This document shows positions 59,288 to 64,000 of a stretch of 64,000 nt of DNA, piece after piece. Origin of the DNA: an uncultured Chthonomonadaceae bacterium (GTDB lineage Bacteria; Armatimonadota; Chthonomonadetes; Chthonomonadales; Chthonomonadaceae); the NCBI GenBank assembly GCA_963817895.1, contig CAWFQB010000001.1:768001-832000 (forward strand), written 5' to 3'. A program made the position numbers and the translations under genes. The stretch's first letter is position 1. Each line of letters starts with the position of its first letter. The notes beneath the pieces are model-generated. The model did not search any database. It saw only the letters and a list, made by a program, of their open reading frames with translations, and was not told the DNA's origin.

Positions 59288-59421
59288 AGGGAGTAGGGAG
59301 TAGGGAGTAGGGAGTAGGAAAAACTTGGCGCTGTTTGGTGGCATACTTGCATGATAACAATCGGCAACTCTGCCTGCACAGCGAGTCTTTCCTACTCCCT
59401 ACTCCCTACTCCCTACTCCCT
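59288..59421. repeat. Paired inverted heptamer arrays (agggagt)
   Basis: 33-bp perfect IR 59288-59320 / 59389-59421 made of (agggagt)x4. Confidence 0.9.
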
Positions 59422-59442
59422 CACGTAAAGAGGATATACCCC

Positions 59443-62400
59443 ATGAGGCACCACAGTGCGCTCGTTAAACAATTCTTGATGAGTACGGCGGCGGCCCTGC
59501 TGCTGACGCTGGGCGCGCGTCCGAGCGGCGCGCAGGTTATATTCGATGACCTCGACTGGACAACAGATCGGGGTAACATCATTTTTGCGCCCACAGGCAG
59601 CAACCTGAACGCTTTCCCGCTGCGGCCCGGACGCAATGGCGTCACGGGCAATCCGCTCGACGCTAATTTTCAAAAATTGGACAGCAAGCGGGCTGTGCGG
59701 CGATGGGTGTGGCCGGCCACTGTAGACCTTTTCGGCAACACGGCCAATCCCGTTCCCACGACCACTACCGTCAGCGTGATTGTGGACAACCCGTATTTCG
59801 ATAACGTCACCGGCCTGTACCTGATTAAAGGCGATGATAACCGCTTTACGGACAGCCAGCAGTTTTACAATCCCGCCCCGCCCGCGCCCGCCGTTCGTGA
59901 CGCCTCTATGGACTCGTTGAGCGTGTGGACGCCCGGTAACGGCTTTGTGATTCCCGACCCGTTGGATCGCACGATTTACGGGGGCTTCAGTTTCTTCTTC
60001 ACGCCCCGTGAAACCACCGGCCCGCCGTTTGACAACTCCTACCCGCCCCTTGCGGCGCAGAACGATTACGGCTACACCTACGCCCACCACAACGGTTTCA
60101 TTGTAAACCGGGGAACTGCCGGAAGCGGTCCGGCGACGGACGCGGAACTGGCACTCCTTCCCAACGCCGCGCCCAACGTGTACGCGGCGGTGCAGAGTGT
60201 GCTTGTCAACCCGGCGCAAAGCCAGCCCGTCGCGCAGTGGTCTGTGGGCGCGACGCTCAATACCAATGTGGGTAACGGGAACGTTCCCCCCGGCACGTAC
60301 AATATCAGCCTGTATTCGCCGGGTGGCGGCACGACCATTCATCACAACGCCACAACCGCCATCCAGCATCCGAATGTGAAGCGCGCTCTTGTGCGCGTGT
60401 CGTGGGGCGCCAACACTACAGTCAACGGCGTGATTCAGGCGGGGCCGGGAACTGCCAATGGCGGCGGCGTCAACGATCCCGTCACAAGCCGCATTTTCCT
60501 GATGGATTTGACCGCTCCCGGCTGGCTGCCCGTCGGACAAAACGGCGAAACCGCCGTATTCCCCTACGATGGCAACAAGAATGACCAGCTTGTCGTGACC
60601 ATGTACAGCGTCACGCCCGATGATCCCAACGACCCGTTAAAGTATGGCACTCCGACCAACGGCTTTCCGCCCACCGCGCTTGTCACCGCCGACGCCTGCC
60701 GCTTTACGCAGGAGAACGTAGACGTTCCGGGCGGGCCGGGACTTGGCCCCCTGCCCGATCCGGCGGCAAGTTTCATCTCCACATCCGGCGTGATCGTCAG
60801 CCCGGTTGTCGGCTCCAATAAATTCTCGCCCAAGGGTGTACCCGGAGCCACGCAGTGGTATGTCGCCCGCCAGGAACTCACGCGGGACGTGACGCCGCGC
60901 ACGTATGTAGACCCGACTGATATCAATAGCCTGCCGATTCCCGACCCCACGCGGGTTGCCAACGTCCCGGTCTTCTATTGCCTGAGCAATGAGGATCAAT
61001 TGGGCAACATTCTGGATCAGAATTCTGCCCGAGCGTCCAAACTGCGCGTGTTGTGGCGCTATGTCGGTTTCCCCGATTACGGCAGTTCTACAGTGTTCGC
61101 CTCGCCCGTCCTTGCCAATGTGCGCGGACGCGACGGCAACTACCATACTATAGTGTATTTCTGTGGAACCAACGACGGCGCCCAGGCGGGAATCGTCGGG
61201 CGCATCTACGCGCTGGACGCGAAAGGGATTGCGCTGGACCCGACGACGGGCGTTCCCACGACCGCCAGCACAATGGCCTACTGGACCTATCCTTCGGCGC
61301 GTCCGCTGTCTGCCGGGGAAGCCACTGCCGGCCTGGTTCCGGCGGAATACGAAGACCCCAACTACAATGGTTCACCCACGACCTCCTCGATGGTATACCC
61401 GACGGACAACGCGCCCTATCTGATGCCCGGCCACTGGTGGGCGGCGGATCAAATGCTGTTTAACAACGCCGGGCAAAAATATTATGATGGCGACATCGTT
61501 CCCGATACAATTAATCCGAATCCGGGGCATCTGATTACGCGTACCGACACGCGCATTGGAACGAATGGCGTGGGCATGGGTGGCATAACCGGCGCTCCCA
61601 TCGTGATTGATGACCCGGTAAATCCGTCAGGCCCGATGATTCTGGTCGTGCCAAGCGTGGATGGGCATCTGTATACCTTTGACGCGGGCGGGCGAGGCGA
61701 CTATCTACAGGCCGATGGAACCACCTACGTGGCGGGAACCACGCAGCGCATCTGGACATGGCCGCACTTCAGCGCGGACGCTTACCACCATTTTTTCCTG
61801 GGAACCAGCAGCCTGAACCCGGTCAACAAGTTCCAGTCCGAAGACGGCAAAGGCTCCATGCCCTACGCCCCCGCGTATGACCCGACCTTCCCGGTCGCGT
61901 CCAGCGTAGGCGCGGTGCATAATCCCATCGTGGTGAGCGCGGCGGATGGGCATGTGTACGGCATTCAGCCGTTCCATGACATCCTTACCAACGTCAACAG
62001 CAACGGCATCGCGTCCTGGAACGAGCGGCGTTTCTGGGTGTATCCGCATGAGGGAACGGGGCTGAAGGATGCTTCCGCCGAACCCCTGCTGGACGCGCCG
62101 AGCGTTCCGACCATTCACCGGACAAGCCCGACTTCTGCGACGGCTACCATCAATTTCACGAGCAGCGGGCGCATCTACAGCCTGAACTTCCCGACGGTCT
62201 ACCCGGCATCCGGCTTCAGTACGCCCACGCTGCGGTGGGTATTCCCCAACACGCCTAACCCGCCGTTTCAGGACCCGACCGATCCGACAACCTCGGAATA
62301 CCAGCAGGGTTTCAGCGCGCACGGTCTGGTTGTCGTGCCGCAAAGCGTGACAGCAAGCGCGGCGCAGCCGCTTCCCTTCGATATGGTGTACGCCCTGTTG

Positions 62401-64000
62401 TCTACGGGCAGCGTGGTGGCGGTCAACTACAACACGGGCGCATTCTATGCCGCCGGACAATCCCTTACCGGTTCCACCTCGGAAAGCGCGCCGATTATCG
62501 CGGAAATCGCGCCCGATCCGACCTTCTACTCGCCGGCGCGAAGCATAACAGGCGTGGCGGCAAGCGTGCCTACCATCATCTTCGGCGATGATAGCGGTGG
62601 CATGTACGGTTTCAAACTGGTGGCGGAACCCAATAACGATGGGTTCGGCACGGTGATTCTGCCCATCATCTATGCGCGGCGGGATACCAGCGGGGAACTG
62701 AACGCGCCGCCCGCGCTCGCCTCCTCGAACATTCAGGCGGGAACCATCGGCGGCTACTACGTTGTCGGCGATACCAACGGCCAGCTTCGCGCCTATAGTT
62801 TCGGCTTCGGGGCAAACGGCGACGTGGAGAGCGTGCCTGGTTCCGAAGGCAGCGGCAACGGCTTTGTGGCTGGCGATGTTGCCATTGACGTGCGCGTTCT
62901 GGACGCTTATCGCCAGACCGATTTCAACAACATGGCGCAGAATCCGCCTGTGGCTTATGGCACGGGCGCAACCTCGGCGCGCACTGTAGCGGGAGCAAAT
63001 TTCTCGCGCACTGTAGCGAGGATTGCTAACAACCTGAATGATGGCGGCAACTCGTACTTCGCGCTGGATGAGGGCGGCACGCTGTACCTCGTCGCGTCGG
63101 GCGTGTACCACGCGCAGCCGGTGGTGGATACCATTCCCAACGGCGCGATGAAAGCCGCCACCGCCGCGCCAATCATCCGGGTAACGTTTACGGTGGCGCA
63201 AAACGGCGGGCCTTCAGTCAACTACCCGATGACGGTTCCTGTGCCGCAGCTTCCCGGCACTTCAAATCTGGACACGGAAGCGAACCCACCCTGGCCGCAT
63301 AAATTCCGCTGGCCGGATGACCGCGCTCTGACCATTGCCGAACACGATGGCCTGGTTATTTACGGCAACGACTACAGCGACCCGGCCAATCCGCCGGACC
63401 CCAACGCCAACCCGCCGTCAGGCGCGAAACCATTGATGGGAAGGGCGCAGAACGTGTATCCCTGGATCGCTAAAATGGCGATCCCGCTCCTGCCCACCAC
63501 TTCCAACGGCAGAAGCACGTTCACGCCCAACACCACCGGCTACATGGTGACGGTCAACGCGATGATTACGCAGCAGCTGACAACCAAAACCAACATGGGA
63601 ACCGCGTCCACAAATCCCGCTACCGACTCGGCCTACCTGACGATGGGACAGCGCGCGGATAAGGGCAAATCCAACAGCCCGTACCCGCCCGATCCGAACG
63701 ACCAGAGCAAAAACAATTACCAGAGTCCGCAGCGGCTGCTGTACATCACCAACCCGCTGTCGCTCACCCTGCGCGGTTTCAATACCACTGACATGACGGG
63801 ACTGACGACTCAGAAAAACATCATTGGCTGGTACGGGGCGATTGACAATCCGAACAATCCGGGCGGGCCGGTAAAAGGGCTGGAACTGACCGGCAACGGC
63901 GCGTTTGTCGGCATCGGCGGCGCTACGCCGGGACAGCCGGGAATGGGCGTCACCAAGCCGATGTTCGCGCCCTTCGATCTCACGCAGGACAACAGTTCGG
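59443..64000 (+). CDS. Giant secreted PQQ-like beta-propeller protein (>1500 aa, runs off window; candidate pilus tip adhesin)
   Basis: Absent from the track (no stop in window). RBS agagga, signal MRHHSALVKQFLMSTAAALLLTLGARPSGAQ, CBM-like VIVDN..GTYNISLY..VTADACRF, repeats GRIYALDA, SVDGHLYTFDA, AADGHVYGI, GDTNGQLRAY with W.(Y/W/F)P motifs. Frame spot-checked, not read codon by codon. Confidence 0.82.
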   Translation, partial: MRHHSALVKQFLMSTAAALLLTLGARPSGAQVIFDDLDWTTDRGNIIFAPTGSNLNAFPLRPGRNGVTGNPLDANFQKLDSKRAVRRWVWPATVDLFGNTANPVPTTTTVSVIVDNPYFDNVTGLYLIKGDDNRFTDSQQFYNPAPPAPAVRDASMDSLSVWTPGNGFVIPDPLDRTIYGGFSFFFTPRETTGPPFDNSYPPLAAQNDYGYTYAHHNGFIVNRGTAGSGPATDAELALLPNAAPNVYAAVQSVLVNPAQSQPVAQWSVGATLNTNVGNGNVPPGTYNISLYSPGGGTTIHHNATTAIQHPNVKRALVRVSWGANTTVNGVIQAGPGTANGGGVNDPVTSRIFLMDLTAPGWLPVGQNGETAVFPYDGNKNDQLVVTMYSVTPDDPNDPLKYGTPTNGFPPTALVTADACRFTQENVDVPGGPGLGPLPDPAASFISTSGVIVSPVVGSNKFSPKGVPGATQWYVARQELTRDVTPRTYVDPTDINSLPIPDPTRVANVPVFYCLSNEDQLGNILDQNSARASKLRVLWRYVGFPDYGSSTVFASPVLANVRGRDGNYHTIVYFCGTNDGAQAGIVGRIYALDAKGIALDPTTGVPTTASTMAYWTYPSARPLSAGEATAGLVPAEYEDPNYNGSPTTSSMVYPTDNAPYLMPGHWWAADQMLFNNAGQKYYDGDIVPDTINPNPGHLITRTDTRIGTNGVGMGGITGAPIVIDDPVNPSGPMILVVPSVDGHLYTFDAGGRGDYLQADGTTYVAGTTQRIWTWPHFSADAYHHFFLGTSSLNPVNKFQSEDGKGSMPYAPAYDPTFPVASSVGAVHNPIVVSAADGHVYGIQPFHDILTNVNSNGIASWNERRFWVYPHEGTGLKDASAEPLLDAPSVPTIHRTSPTSATATINFTSSGRIYSLNFPTVYPASGFSTPTLRWVFPNTPNPPFQDPTDPTTSEYQQGFSAHGLVVVPQSVTASAAQPLPFDMVYALLSTGSVVAVNYNTGAFYAAGQSLTGSTSESAPIIAEIAPDPTFYSPARSITGVAASVPTIIFGDDSGGMYGFKLVAEPNNDGFGTVILPIIYARRDTSGELNAPPALASSNIQAGTIGGYYVVGDTNGQLRAYSFGFGANGDVESVPGSEGSGNGFVAGDVAIDVRVLDAYRQTDFNNMAQNPPVAYGTGATSARTVAGANFSRTVARIANNLNDGGNSYFALDEGGTLYLVASGVYHAQPVVDTIPNGAMKAATAAPIIRVTFTVAQNGGPSVNYPMTVPVPQLPGTSNLDTEANPPWPHKFRWPDDRALTIAEHDGLVIYGNDYSDPANPPDPNANPPSGAKPLMGRAQNVYPWIAKMAIPLLPTTSNGRSTFTPNTTGYMVTVNAMITQQLTTKTNMGTASTNPATDSAYLTMGQRADKGKSNSPYPPDPNDQSKNNYQSPQRLLYITNPLSLTLRGFNTTDMTGLTTQKNIIGWYGAIDNPNNPGGPVKGLELTGNGAFVGIGGATPGQPGMGVTKPMFAPFDLTQDNSS

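Noticed and set aside
59320..59356. sigma54 promoter (tggcatacttgc)
   Set aside because: GG-to-GC spacing is 7 nt rather than the required 10.
31790..59421. CRISPR array
   Set aside because: Repeats are tandem 7-mers without unique regular spacers; no cas genes.

Overview
GC-rich bacterial chromosomal window. The 'FTLIELLVVIAIIAILAAILFPVF' prepilins and the gene content suggest an Armatimonadota-like organism (inference only). The left part (1-22.1 kb) holds an RND efflux operon (RND-MFP-TolC, minus strand), an RpoE-like ECF sigma/ZAS anti-sigma/RseB trio, metabolic and membrane genes, and an AAA_35-TM-pseudopilin-like fusion. A low-GC accessory patch (about 22.1-26.4 kb) carries a pentapeptide-repeat gene, a small HTH, a perfect sigma70 promoter and a TnpA-less IS200/IS605 TnpB element that appears to interrupt a Fic-C-like HTH gene; an RNA ligase follows it. 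Next come yqgF-mltG-yqeG-aroE and a large type IV pilus locus (34 kb to window end): pilB, a pilB paralogue lacking catalytic motifs, IS982, pilT, a pilC paralogue limited to the cytoplasmic domain, pilC, pilD, two pilins, three very large minor-pilin-like genes and two giant secreted beta-propeller proteins. The best candidate for an undescribed system is the pair of apparent 'decoy' motor paralogues (pseudo-ATPase PilB* and soluble PilC*) inside this operon. Several palindromic/heptamer repeat families sit at gene junctions and inside reading frames. Many single-base frameshifts (40-58 kb) look like sequencing errors, so pseudogene calls are provisional. No tRNA, rRNA or CRISPR array was recognised.
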